From a virus, in the IMG/VR virus record IMGVR_UViG_3300025000_000064, positions 59,606 to 123,605 of that record: a stretch of 64,000 bases of DNA; one strand, written 5' to 3'. The notes under the pieces are model-generated. The model was not told the DNA's origin, did no database searches, and saw only the letters and a list, made by a program, of their open reading frames with translations. Every line of letters starts with the position of its first letter. Positions within the stretch are counted from its first letter, which is position 1. A program made the translations under genes and the position numbers. Below are positions 19,801 to 28,462 of the stretch, piece after piece.

Positions 19801-20479
19801 TATTATGCTTTTTAGACAACTCTATCAATATTTTATTAATTATTGTTTCTTCTTCTAAGTCATGACTGTGAATTTCTATATAAAAATCATCATTGAAAAT
19901 ATCTTTATAAAACAATATTAAATTTTCTGCTTTTTCAATATCGTTATTTAATATGGCTTGGTTTATGTCTGACATTATACATGCAGATGTACATATTAAA
20001 TCAGAAGAATATTTTTTTAATACCTCATAGTCGATTCTTGGTTTGTAATAAAAATTTTCCAAATTAGCATACGTTATTAGTTTGCACAGATTTTTATAGC
20101 CTTTATTGTTTTTAGCATATAAGCATAAATGCCTTCTGTTTTCATGATGTTTTAGCTCTTCTGTTAAGCTTTTTAAATTTGTTTTATCTTCACTTTCTTG
20201 AATTAGTTTCATATTATCTTTTAATTCTTTTATTTTAATTTTTAATTCATCGCCCTTTAAGCTTGATTCGCTAAGATATGCTTCAAATCCTACGATTGGT
20301 TTGATTTCATTCTTTTTGCATTCATTATAAAACTCTATTGCCCCAGACATGACCATGTGGTCAGAAATAAACAAAGCAGAAAGTTCTCTTTGTTTGCCAA
20401 ATGCTACATATTCTTTAATTGTTGCCAATCCATCCAGTACAGAATAGTTGGTATGGACATGGTTATCTATATATTTCAT
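16811..20479 (-). CDS. dnaE: DNA polymerase III alpha subunit (family C), no intein
   Basis: PHP domain HVHTNYS.LDG, GRGSAG, PDIDSD, VKYDILGL, FNKSHS and a C-terminal OB-like region. Confidence 0.97.
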   Translation of the reverse strand: MKYIDNHVHTNYSVLDGLATIKEYVAFGKQRELSALFISDHMVMSGAIEFYNECKKNEIKPIVGFEAYLSESSLKGDELKIKIKELKDNMKLIQESEDKTNLKSLTEELKHHENRRHLCLYAKNNKGYKNLCKLITYANLENFYYKPRIDYEVLKKYSSDLICTSACIMSDINQAILNNDIEKAENLILFYKDIFNDDFYIEIHSHDLEEETIINKILIELSKKHNIKNIIANDVHYLNKEDSVTHDVLLCKNTNAKLTDEKRFKFSNNEFYYKSYEEICESHKEYGQDFIDNCIDNTYEIIDKCNLELEIGKPIMPKFADNEKEIFKNEILKGIKRIYKTNISTEVFSRINYEISIISQMNFEGYFLIVQDYTNWARKQGIPTGPGRGSAGASIVCYLLGITEIDPIKYNLPFERFLNPDRIGIPDIDSDICIERRGEIIEYLKEKYGKYSVAGIITFGELKAKAAVKSVASTYGLDFKKANEITKAMSGKPDSTIDSELEDSPAFKILYDNDEEIANIIDMAKKIEGRIQNSGCHASGYMISDRDISDICPLVRTKEGTIATAYSMDNAEKVGLVKYDILGLKNLTIIKNTTDLIKARQETEVSFDNIEYDDKKTYNMLSQGFSSGVFQLESNGMQGLLKSLNPSELKHLDAVIALYRPGPIQCGAIEDYINNKHNSENIKYRYPQIEDVLSDTYGTMIYQEQVMRLAVVLAGYTMSQADELRKGIGKKKKEIIDEHRKIFVDGCINNNIDESFAIGLYNNIEGFGQYAFNKSHSLAYAILAYRTAYLKANHSVEYMRCLLNHEIGSSDKIKQYISESFRIGLKVLPPDINVSTNLFEINNDNNIVFGLAAIKGIGESALNKLLEERKNNGEYKSFWDLIERCSSVNKTALEGLIKTGSLKSIESNSKMLLSYVEFIQKAKTLSRYKEGKTTLKDAVLETIAISKAKSLEEYKEIEARVKEIKSTKKEDKEKKANLKLELEGIIKEELNSLTLNNDYGEDFTSEEYKDFEEELLGFSVSNNPMILFSTYEKYFDTVPIADLKNDDIAEQYKNNEQYINVIGLIRSKDVTEKGAARVEIEFLGESITVKFAPWMWEKINGRKVNKNKLCIIKLKVLDAYNKNFGNYDYAGENISILSFINDPEIIYFDIDDNTDVKKLSNILTNCSNECYNNNKEIKYITALKRKKDGKTKIMQSTCWVDDKKYVNKEMYYAGIEKTCITT

Positions 20480-20667
20480 TATAGTGCTATATCTCCATCG
20501 TTATCATCATAATTAGCTCCATGCTGAAGAACAAAAATAATATTGTTTTCTCTGTCTTTTTTAATGTCAATAATTTCAAATTCTGCACATGGTATTTGAC
20601 ATATTATTTTTTGACCATCTTTTATATTTAATTTATTTAAAATAGATATTAGCGTTTTATATTCCAT
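20479..20667 (-). CDS. Small hypothetical protein
   Basis: TAATG-coupled to dnaE. Confidence 0.55.
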   Translation of the reverse strand: MEYKTLISILNKLNIKDGQKIICQIPCAEFEIIDIKKDRENNIIFVLQHGANYDDNDGDIAL

Positions 20668-20998
20668 TTTTAACCTCTAATGTCAATAAATAATCATATA
20701 ATTTTTCATCCGTATCTAACAGCAAATCAGTTCCATCTTCTTCGTAAATGACTTTATTCCATCCACCGTAAATATAATCATAGAATAAATCTGTTTGAAT
20801 ATCATTCAAACTTTTATCAATAAATATGTCTATTATTGAAAGATAATCTTCTGAAAATTCATCAATATTTATTCCTAATTTATATAATTGGTTTTCTTTG
20901 TTTTTAATATTTTTAAATGTTTTAATAATTTCTAAAAACTTATCTTTATTATTCAGCATTTTTATTATCCTCACATTGACAGAGAGGGAAAAATTCAC
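20657..20998 (-). CDS. Hypothetical phage protein
   Basis: ORF in a coupled run; the true start may lie downstream of 20998. Confidence 0.55.
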   Translation of the reverse strand: MNFSLSVNVRIIKMLNNKDKFLEIIKTFKNIKNKENQLYKLGINIDEFSEDYLSIIDIFIDKSLNDIQTDLFYDYIYGGWNKVIYEEDGTDLLLDTDEKLYDYLLTLEVKNGI

Positions 20999-21359
20999 AA
21001 CATGAAACTTCGCTTATGTCATCAATATCCTCACAATCCTCTTCAAAGCTTTTTATTGCATTCTCTAGTGCTTCCCTTATTGATTTACCTTCTCCGAACA
21101 AATAATACTCAAACATTTCTTCTTCGTCATCTTCTTCAAATATGTCGTTTCCTATCAAAATATTATAAATTGGAATGACGTTATTATCTTCGTTAAAAAT
21201 ATTAGAAATTGTAACAGATGTTATTAAACCCTCAATGGCAATATCTTTTAATATTTCCATGGTATCTTCGTTATTGTTTAATTTTTCTTTTACGCCAGAG
21301 ATTAGTTCTTCAATATCTAATTCGTAAATTTCGTCTTCATTGTTGTTATCTTCTGTCAT
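20949..21359 (-). CDS. Highly acidic protein
   Basis: About 41 D/E versus about 7 K/R in 136 aa (hand count). Confidence 0.65.
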   Translation of the reverse strand: MTEDNNNEDEIYELDIEELISGVKEKLNNNEDTMEILKDIAIEGLITSVTISNIFNEDNNVIPIYNILIGNDIFEEDDEEEMFEYYLFGEGKSIREALENAIKSFEEDCEDIDDISEVSCCEFFPLCQCEDNKNAE

Positions 21360-21619
21360 ATTATCACCTGCATTTTACTTATTATATCGTCTTTTAATTT
21401 TTCTGCATTTTTAACTTCTGAAAATTTTATATGTTTACATAAATTATTTTTGTATCTTAAGCTAAATAAATATCCACTAAATATTGACGCTCTTTCTCTG
21501 CCTATAGAAATATCTAATATATTATTAATATCTATAGATATTGAACCAGAATCTATTAAATCCGAATAGTAAAATGTTTTAAACATCTTTATTGATTCCC
21601 AATATGTTATTAACTTCAA
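21356..21619 (-). CDS. Hypothetical protein
   Basis: ORF in a coupled run. Confidence 0.45.
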   Translation of the reverse strand: MKLITYWESIKMFKTFYYSDLIDSGSISIDINNILDISIGRERASIFSGYLFSLRYKNNLCKHIKFSEVKNAEKLKDDIISKMQVII

Positions 21620-21830
21620 TTAGTGAATTTTTATCTATATTTAGTATAACAGTATTATAGTTTCTTTTCAAGCACTTAGAACATAAGCAATATATAGGAT
21701 ATATTGTAGATTTTATTTCTAAGCAATCTTTTTTGATATTGCAACATGCACAATGTTTTTTAATCATTATTGTCATCTGATTCGATAAATGGGATTTGAA
21801 CATCAGAACAAAACGCATCAGACATTTCAC
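21579..21830 (-). CDS. Small Cys-containing hypothetical protein
   Basis: CACC...CLCSKC; the real start is probably the downstream MTIM. Confidence 0.4.
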   Translation of the reverse strand: MKCLMRFVLMFKSHLSNQMTIMIKKHCACCNIKKDCLEIKSTIYPIYCLCSKCLKRNYNTVILNIDKNSLIEVNNILGINKDV

Positions 21831-22020
21831 ATGCCAACATATAGGGTAAGTTTAAATGTCTGTCTTCGTCTTTAGAATGCAAATCAGTATATTCATCAAT
21901 TATTCTTATAAAATGTTCTGCTTCTTCTATTGTTTCTAACATTAAATTAATAGGCTGATAGCTAAGAATTTTTTGCAATAATCTCATTTTATTCTCCATT
22001 CTGAGCGTAAATCTCTCCAC
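21760..22020 (-). CDS. Hypothetical protein
   Basis: ORF in a coupled run. Confidence 0.5.
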   Translation of the reverse strand: MERFTLRMENKMRLLQKILSYQPINLMLETIEEAEHFIRIIDEYTDLHSKDEDRHLNLPYMLACEMSDAFCSDVQIPFIESDDNND

Positions 22021-22048
22021 AAGATAGGCTGTAAAATCATGTTAAATA

Positions 22049-22408
22049 TTATTTAGGTATGTTTATATTACTGACAAATTCAACATCATTATTTTGTGGT
22101 TTGTCATATACTAAAAACTCTGTTAGTACCAACAAGTTCCATATACAAGCTGTCATGTGTGGCAATCCACTTTCTTTATCTATAAACTCACCTTTGAACC
22201 AAGCAAATAGATGCCTAAGCAGTGCTTTTCTATATCTACTAACTGGATTTTTTACTTTTGACCAATTCATGATTTCTACAGATTCGTTATATTTTTCTGC
22301 TCCATAATTGCACCATCTTGCAACACCTTCTAGGGAATTGGGGAAATGAAGCATCAATATCTCTAAATTAAGTTTTCCATCGTCTGCCTTTATGCCTTCC
22401 TTATTCAT
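22049..22408 (-). CDS. dATP/dGTP diphosphohydrolase-like protein (DUF5664 type)
   Basis: GIKADDGK...YGAEKY...NW...RY..ALLRHL..W..GE..DKESGLPH......NL pattern. Confidence 0.8.
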   Translation of the reverse strand: MNKEGIKADDGKLNLEILMLHFPNSLEGVARWCNYGAEKYNESVEIMNWSKVKNPVSRYRKALLRHLFAWFKGEFIDKESGLPHMTACIWNLLVLTEFLVYDKPQNNDVEFVSNINIPK

Positions 22409-22416
22409 TATAACCC

Positions 22417-22647
22417 CTATAATCCCAACTTCTCATTAACAAATGGAACTAATACAGCCATCATTTTGCTTTTTATTTCTTGAGATTGAATCACTTCTGT
22501 TGTTAGACCTTTAATTCTACCTTTGAATGATTCTTCAAACAGTTTAATCAAGAACTCATCATCTTCTAATACGGAATCAACATATTTAATGTACTTTTTA
22601 TCTAGTAATTCATTTTGCTGTTTTGTTAATTGTAAACTAATATACAT
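22417..22647 (-). CDS. Hypothetical protein
   Basis: 76-aa ORF with an RBS. Confidence 0.55.
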   Translation of the reverse strand: MYISLQLTKQQNELLDKKYIKYVDSVLEDDEFLIKLFEESFKGRIKGLTTEVIQSQEIKSKMMAVLVPFVNEKLGL

Positions 22648-22648
22648 A

Positions 22649-23014
22649 TTATTCTCCTTCTTTATTCTCTTTTATTTCTTTAATTTGTTTTTCTAAATAA
22701 GTGTTGGTAAGAGACATTATATTGTCTGGTAATTTATTTAATTCTTTATTCTGAGCTACTTGAGACACGCCATTTTTTAAATAAGGATAAGCCCAAATAA
22801 GAGCCAAATCTTGTTTACTTGGAATAAATATAGTCATAAACAGAAAGAAAAAAGCCACTATCCAAGTACATAGCCACCATTTTGAAATTTCATTAGAAAA
22901 AGCTCCAATGGTTAAACAAATACTGCCTATTCCTAAAACAATAGAACTTACTCCAAATGCGATAGATGCATTCTCGCTAATTGACCATAAGTAAATAATT
23001 AATTGTTCATTCAT
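22649..23014 (-). CDS. Membrane protein
   Basis: Two hydrophobic segments in the N-terminal half. Confidence 0.6.
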   Translation of the reverse strand: MNEQLIIYLWSISENASIAFGVSSIVLGIGSICLTIGAFSNEISKWWLCTWIVAFFFLFMTIFIPSKQDLALIWAYPYLKNGVSQVAQNKELNKLPDNIMSLTNTYLEKQIKEIKENKEGE

Positions 23015-23152
23015 TATACATTATCCTTTCAAAAAGTGTTATATTGTATCGTTTATTCAAGCCTATTTGTGTAAAATTATGTAATTTATGATGCCTATTT
23101 GTGTTATATTAATCATCTATCACTGCAATTTGTTATTCGCATATATTTCTCC

Positions 23153-23788
23153 TTATAATTTTAAATTAGCTAATAAACTACTCTCACAAATGTTATCGTT
23201 TATAACCCTGCAACCTTTAGGAATCCAAAATTTATCTATGTCTTTTATTAATTCTCCAGATATTCTTATGCTCTCGCTTTTAACAAATTTCTTTCTATCT
23301 GAACTGCTTAGTTTCTTTGGTGTTTCCTTGTAGTCATAATGCTTTCTCCATTCTTGAATTGGAATCACTTTATATTTTATTCCAACAATATCTAAACATG
23401 TTTGGCATATTCCAAAATATTCAGCAAGCTTCATGAAACTCTTAACACTTGAAGCATCGTTGGTCTGATAAATTAATCCTTCAATATAACATATTGTAAT
23501 TGATTCCTTATATTTTGTCAACCACTCCAAAACTCTTGAAATATCTTTTGGGTCAGAATCATTCAAACTTATGATTCTTCTTTTTAATATCTTTATTTTT
23601 TCTTCTGTTTTGCCCTTTTGTCCTTTGATGCACAAAAATGGTTCAAGTTCTTTTATCTCTTTGTTTATTATTTTTATTTCTTCCTTGTACATATTTAAAG
23701 GTTGTGGGACTTTGCATAAATCTATCACTTTATCATTATCTGACAAAACAAAATATCCTATTGACGAATTGTCCAATCCTAACTGCAT
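23153..23788 (-). CDS. RuvC-like Holliday junction resolvase
   Basis: LGLD at the N-terminus, CYIEG, IPIQEWRK and NDNICES acidic motifs; located near the replication genes. Confidence 0.7.
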   Translation of the reverse strand: MQLGLDNSSIGYFVLSDNDKVIDLCKVPQPLNMYKEEIKIINKEIKELEPFLCIKGQKGKTEEKIKILKRRIISLNDSDPKDISRVLEWLTKYKESITICYIEGLIYQTNDASSVKSFMKLAEYFGICQTCLDIVGIKYKVIPIQEWRKHYDYKETPKKLSSSDRKKFVKSESIRISGELIKDIDKFWIPKGCRVINDNICESSLLANLKL

Positions 23789-23910
23789 TAATCATCATCC
23801 TCCTCCTCATAATATATTTCGTTCTCTTCGTCATAATCTGATTCGTTTTCAAAGCCATAAATATAATCACTTGGAACACTATAATCTTCGTATAAAATCC
23901 ATTTATCCAT
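23788..23910 (-). CDS. 40-aa acidic peptide (not in the ORF track)
   Basis: MDKWILYEDYSVPSDYIYGFENESDYDEENEIYYEEEDDD; TGATG- and TAATG-coupled on both sides. Confidence 0.55.
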   Translation of the reverse strand: MDKWILYEDYSVPSDYIYGFENESDYDEENEIYYEEEDDD

Positions 23911-23975
23911 CATTCAGCTCCATATTTAGATTCTAAAAAATTAACTCCAGTGAAAATCATTTGTTGCGGTTTTCT
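23910..23975 (-). pseudogene. Displaced duplicate of the dnaB 3' end
   Basis: Reads RKPQQMIFTGVNFLESKYGAE*, compared with the intact DnaB end RDPLSMLFNGTNFHESKF*. Confidence 0.75.
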
Positions 23976-23984
23976 TTTTTTTTC

Positions 23985-24695
23985 TTAAATTAATAATTCA
24001 AACCTCCATCCTTTGTGAGAGTTATGTCCGATTCTTTTATTTATACATTTATTCATATGTGAACAATTTAGATTATGAACTTTTGAAAATTTAGAACAAT
24101 TATTATCAATGTATTCTACTCCCTCTGGCGATATTGCTTTAAATAATTTTTGTGACGGTAGGTCTCTTCTATTGTTCATCTGTTCTGAATTTGTTGCCCA
24201 TCTACAATTATCTTTACAATAATTTCCATCAACATCTATTCTGTCTATGCTTGTATTCTTTTTTCCGTATTCTTCAACATGGTCAAGATAAGACTTATAC
24301 ATATCGTCTCTAAAATTCTCAAAGGATTCTAGCCATCTATCGCAAACAGTAATTCCCCTTCCTCCATAGTCATTATAGTTACAAATGTTATTGTTGTAAC
24401 ATCTTTCTTTTATGTGACACCACGCTTTATAAATTTTACTATTAGACATATTGTGTTTTTTAAACATATTAGAAGTTTTTTCTCTTCTGAGGCATCCGCA
24501 AGATTTAGTTGTTCCAGTAGTTAATGCAGAACCTCTAACATATACTGGCTCAATATTGCCACAATCACATTTGCATTCCCAAACCCATTCATTCTGATTA
24601 TTTTTACCATACTCTTTTATGACTTTAAGCCTATTGAATTTTTTATCTTTTAGGTCTCTAAAATTATGTGCCTTATTGGTAATTATATTGTTCAT
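23985..24695 (-). CDS. Free-standing HNH-family homing endonuclease
   Basis: CKCDCG, TKSCGC, YGGRGITVC, SIDRIDVDGNY...NCRWAT..EQ.NN, plus a C-terminal DNA-binding-like tail. Confidence 0.85.
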   Translation of the reverse strand: MNNIITNKAHNFRDLKDKKFNRLKVIKEYGKNNQNEWVWECKCDCGNIEPVYVRGSALTTGTTKSCGCLRREKTSNMFKKHNMSNSKIYKAWCHIKERCYNNNICNYNDYGGRGITVCDRWLESFENFRDDMYKSYLDHVEEYGKKNTSIDRIDVDGNYCKDNCRWATNSEQMNNRRDLPSQKLFKAISPEGVEYIDNNCSKFSKVHNLNCSHMNKCINKRIGHNSHKGWRFELLI

Positions 24696-24696
24696 A

Positions 24697-26109
24697 TTAA
24701 AACTTACTCTCATGAAAATTTGTGCCATTAAAAAGCATACTCAGCGGGTCTCTTTGTTCTCCGTCTCTTATCTTTTCAAATATTATTTCGCAAACATCTT
24801 TTAAGTCTGGTCTTTTAATTATTAAATCATTATAAATTGACGGTCTGTACAATAACATCACAGCGTCACAGTTTTCTATTATTCCACCCCATTTTAAATT
24901 GAATTCGCTTGGTCTTCTGTCCTCTGATTCTTTAATAGAATTATTCATTTGATGTAATGGAACAATTGGAACATTTAAGTCTTTTGCTAAAGCTTTTAAT
25001 CTCATATAAATTTCTGGGACTCTTTGTATGTCATTAGCTCCAGCAACCCTAACTATATTGGTATGGTCTACAAATATAGAGTCTATTTTCCCATATTGTA
25101 GTTTGGTTTTTTTAGCTTTGGCTATCAAAGATGATAGTTCTATACATGGGGATTCGTCAATTAGAATATTTAGCCCTTTAACTAACTCTGAATGATATTT
25201 AATATCATTTAAAAACTTATATATATTTTCCGTTGTTTGCTCTATGCCATTTTCAATAAAATAAAGTTTTGGCTGAATAATATATTTTCTTGATATATTC
25301 ATTGATTGTGAAATCAAATATATGTCCATTTTTTGCTTTGTTTCTTCTGAAGAAAAACACAGAACTGGAGAATCTTCTATTTTTTTTAAATTATTCTCTT
25401 TCGCCCTATATAGCATACATTGTCTTTGCCAAGTGCTTTTACCAGACCTGCTTGGTCCTGTAAAATTATAAACACAACCAGGGTGTAATCCATCCAATGC
25501 TATATCTATAGCATGCCATCCTGTTTTCTTTCCACTTACTTCTATTGTGTCAATATTTAGTTTATAATTTATATCTGTTAATAGCTGTTTTGTATCCAGC
25601 CCTATTTTTTGAATAGTATTGTTTTTGTTTTCTGTGATGCTTGAAATTTCCAGTGCTGTATTTTGAGATATTTCGTCCACTAAAGATTCGTCATTACAGA
25701 CATAAATTTTTTCAATAGCTTCTTTATGCTTATTAATCCCATACCTTATTTTATATCTTTTCTTTATATGTTTTGCATATTCTGCTATTTTTATAGCTGT
25801 CACTTCTGCATTTTTTAATGTATTGTATACATATTCTTTTATGTCTCCAGTTGATATATTGGGAGTCTTGGCTAAAAATCCTTCCTGTTCCAATTTGTCA
25901 AATAGTATAATTTCATCAAACATACATTTATTTTCAAACAAAGAAATCATGCAATGATATATATTAGAATTAACATTTGACTCAAACATATCTACCGAAA
26001 TAATATCTATAATATCAAGTATTGCATCATTTCTGCACAATATAGAAGCTAAAAATCTTTCTTCTAAATGAGATGACTTCCAGTTATTTATATAATCATG
26101 GTTTTTCAT
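24697..26109 (-). CDS. dnaB: Replicative DNA helicase
   Basis: N-terminal DnaB domain (EERFLASIL), Walker A GPSRSGKS, FVDH, LKALAKDLNVPIVPLHQ, RRPS...IIENCDAVMLLYR. Confidence 0.88.
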   Translation of the reverse strand: MKNHDYINNWKSSHLEERFLASILCRNDAILDIIDIISVDMFESNVNSNIYHCMISLFENKCMFDEIILFDKLEQEGFLAKTPNISTGDIKEYVYNTLKNAEVTAIKIAEYAKHIKKRYKIRYGINKHKEAIEKIYVCNDESLVDEISQNTALEISSITENKNNTIQKIGLDTKQLLTDINYKLNIDTIEVSGKKTGWHAIDIALDGLHPGCVYNFTGPSRSGKSTWQRQCMLYRAKENNLKKIEDSPVLCFSSEETKQKMDIYLISQSMNISRKYIIQPKLYFIENGIEQTTENIYKFLNDIKYHSELVKGLNILIDESPCIELSSLIAKAKKTKLQYGKIDSIFVDHTNIVRVAGANDIQRVPEIYMRLKALAKDLNVPIVPLHQMNNSIKESEDRRPSEFNLKWGGIIENCDAVMLLYRPSIYNDLIIKRPDLKDVCEIIFEKIRDGEQRDPLSMLFNGTNFHESKF

Positions 26110-26886
26110 TTAATAATTTTTCCATAAACTTTCAACTGCATTAGAACCACTATTGGGAGATTTAAAATCAATTCTATTATATTTTAAGGATAACTCATCA
26201 TATATTTTATGATTATAGCCACTTAATAAGAATTTCCCTTTTAAATTTAATAATATATTAACTAATTTATAATGCTCTTCATCTGTCATTTCTACTTCGT
26301 AATTTTGATTACTTTTTCTTGTACTGCGAACATAAGGAGGGTCTAAATAAAAGAAAACATCTTCTCTGTCATACTTATCTATCAAATCAAAAATATTTAA
26401 ATTGTCAATCAAAACAGTAGATAATCTTTCATGGAAAGACGGCAATGCTTCTATTGATGATAAATAATCACTTGTGGAACGACACATTTTTCTTCTGACT
26501 AATAGTGTTCTACTAAAGCCACCAACTCCATTAAAAGAACTCCTTGATACATAGAAAAAATAATATGCTCTATCTTCAATAGATAAATCGTTTCTTTTTA
26601 ATAATTCTTTAAATTCTTCCCTTATTGTTTTTGAATAATAAGTTAACTCTAACCTATGTTTTAAATTTTTAAATTTATTTTTATTTGATAATACTTTAAA
26701 TAAACTATAAACATTATTGCCTAAATCGTTATATATTTCTATGCCAGATTGTTCTTTTTTAAATAAAACAGAAGCTCCTCCGCCAAAACCTTCAATATAT
26801 GTGATGAATTCTTTTGGAAAATTATTTATTATAATATCTGACATAAAATTTTTCCCGCCATAATATTTTATAAGTTTAGAAACCAT
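26110..26886 (-). CDS. DNA adenine methyltransferase (D12/Dam family)
   Basis: YYGGK, YIEGFGGGASV, YND and FYLDPPY. Confidence 0.92.
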   Translation of the reverse strand: MVSKLIKYYGGKNFMSDIIINNFPKEFITYIEGFGGGASVLFKKEQSGIEIYNDLGNNVYSLFKVLSNKNKFKNLKHRLELTYYSKTIREEFKELLKRNDLSIEDRAYYFFYVSRSSFNGVGGFSRTLLVRRKMCRSTSDYLSSIEALPSFHERLSTVLIDNLNIFDLIDKYDREDVFFYLDPPYVRSTRKSNQNYEVEMTDEEHYKLVNILLNLKGKFLLSGYNHKIYDELSLKYNRIDFKSPNSGSNAVESLWKNY

Positions 26887-26904
26887 TTTGTTATTTCCTA
26901 TAAT

Positions 26905-26941
26905 AAAATAAAAAGGGATATACAATTGGCGAGCATATCCC
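26905..26941 (-). terminator. Intrinsic terminator upstream of the methylase and dnaB
   Basis: GGGATATGC-9 nt-GTATATCCC followed by TTTTATTTT. Confidence 0.7.
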
Positions 26942-26976
26942 CATAACTAAAGGAGAAAGTCAATATATTGCCAATA

Positions 26977-27495
26977 TTATTTCTTTGTTTTTGTTTTCTT
27001 CTCTGTTGTTACCTCTTCTTTAACATCTGGAGCTTGATAGAGTTTAAATTGTCTTCCCAAAGTTGCAGCGATTCTGTTTTTAATATGTATCATATCTTCT
27101 TTCGCAATATCTGATTCATTAACCAGTACATAATTATCAATTGCATCAGAAACAAAGTCTATTGTTTTAAACTCGGATAAAATAAACTCTAAGGCTAACT
27201 CTTGTGTTATCTCTGTTCTTGAATCGTTCTTTAATCTTTTAATTGTTTTCTTTCTGTTATTTCTTAGCTTATTAAAGTTTGGTTTATCTTCTGGGTTGGG
27301 AATTAAATTCCACCACTTGCCATTTTTAACAACATTTATTTCGTCTCCAACATCTTTTTTAGAGAATAGATAATCAACATTCGCATCTTGGAATATCATT
27401 ATTGGCTCAGATGTTAATTCCATATCATCTACCCAAATTAAAGCATATTCGTTACCATTTTGGGATTCATCAAAAAATAACTCTTTTATTTGCAT
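26977..27495 (-). CDS. Hypothetical protein in the replication module
   Basis: TAATG-coupled to the upstream gene. Confidence 0.65.
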   Translation of the reverse strand: MQIKELFFDESQNGNEYALIWVDDMELTSEPIMIFQDANVDYLFSKKDVGDEINVVKNGKWWNLIPNPEDKPNFNKLRNNRKKTIKRLKNDSRTEITQELALEFILSEFKTIDFVSDAIDNYVLVNESDIAKEDMIHIKNRIAATLGRQFKLYQAPDVKEEVTTEKKTKTKK

Positions 27496-28391
27496 TATTC
27501 CCATCCTTCGTTGCTTGCCAACATATTGTCAATATCTGATTGAGATATTTGTGATGATGTTGCATTACTTGGAGCAGATGTTGCTTGTTGCTTTACTTCT
27601 TCCTGTTTTGGCTTGATTGCTTTTCCTTGCATTGTTGGTATTTCAATGTTTGATAAATCAATAACTTTCTCTGGGTCAATGCCAAAATCACTATTTCCAC
27701 CAAAATTATTATTTGATTTTTGGACAATCTCAATTGAAATAATTTTACATCTCAAGAATAATTTACTTTCTTCGCCTTCTTTTCTTGATGGAGAACATAT
27801 AATATCTGTATCAATATTTACAATATCTCCAGTGCTTACCCACAAAGGAACAGTTGTTCCATCTTTTTTAACAATCTCTGTCTGTTTGACTCCATCAACA
27901 ACTTGATATATGTCAATCTTGTCTTCGAGAGTATAAATAGCATTTAGTTTGTATCCTGTTTCCAATAAATCTGTTACTGCTTGTTTTTGTACTGTGTCAG
28001 TTCCTTGAATAGCAGAAGCTTCTTTAAATAATTTCATTCTTCCTGTTTGTTTTACAATTTTACCATTTTCTTCAATTTCTTCTTCTTTCACCATAAAGGC
28101 TTTAGAGTCTTTATATGGGAATGTTAATGTTAAATGGTTCTTTGATTTCTTTGATTCTTTCAACGGAGAAACAACAGATTGAGGAGCAATACCATTTTTT
28201 GCTTCATATGCTGATTCAACTGCTGACTTAAGTGCTTTAAAAACTTCATTAACATAAACAGCTTGAGGAGTTCCTTTTTCAAATAAAACAGATAAAGATT
28301 TTCCGTTAATTTTCGGGAAAGCCTTCAAAGAAACTCTTGTGTTTAAATTACAGAACCCAACTTCCAAATTTTCAAATTTTACTCTTTTCAA
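27495..28391 (-). CDS. Possible single-stranded DNA-binding protein
   Basis: First gene of the leftward replication operon, beta-rich, with a flexible Q/S/A linker and an acidic-aromatic tail (DIDNMLASNEGWE). TTG start with an AGAGGT RBS. The function is inferred. Confidence 0.4.
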   Translation of the reverse strand: MKRVKFENLEVGFCNLNTRVSLKAFPKINGKSLSVLFEKGTPQAVYVNEVFKALKSAVESAYEAKNGIAPQSVVSPLKESKKSKNHLTLTFPYKDSKAFMVKEEEIEENGKIVKQTGRMKLFKEASAIQGTDTVQKQAVTDLLETGYKLNAIYTLEDKIDIYQVVDGVKQTEIVKKDGTTVPLWVSTGDIVNIDTDIICSPSRKEGEESKLFLRCKIISIEIVQKSNNNFGGNSDFGIDPEKVIDLSNIEIPTMQGKAIKPKQEEVKQQATSAPSNATSSQISQSDIDNMLASNEGWE

Positions 28392-28433
28392 AATTTACCT
28401 CTTTTTTCTAAACTTACTAAACTCGATATATTA

Positions 28434-28462
28434 AACTTACCACTTGGATTTATTTTTGTCAA
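28434..28462 (-). promoter_or_regulatory. Sigma70-type promoter (leftward)
   Basis: TTGACA-17 bp-TAAGTT with an upstream TG. Confidence 0.55.

Noticed and set aside
16811-20479. Intein in DnaE
   Set aside because: The length and motifs are continuous, and no Hint blocks or HN splice junction are seen.
23976-24696. HNH gene as part of a group I intron in dnaB
   Set aside because: The ORF fills the insert, leaving no room for a ribozyme core, and dnaB already has a complete end and stop upstream.
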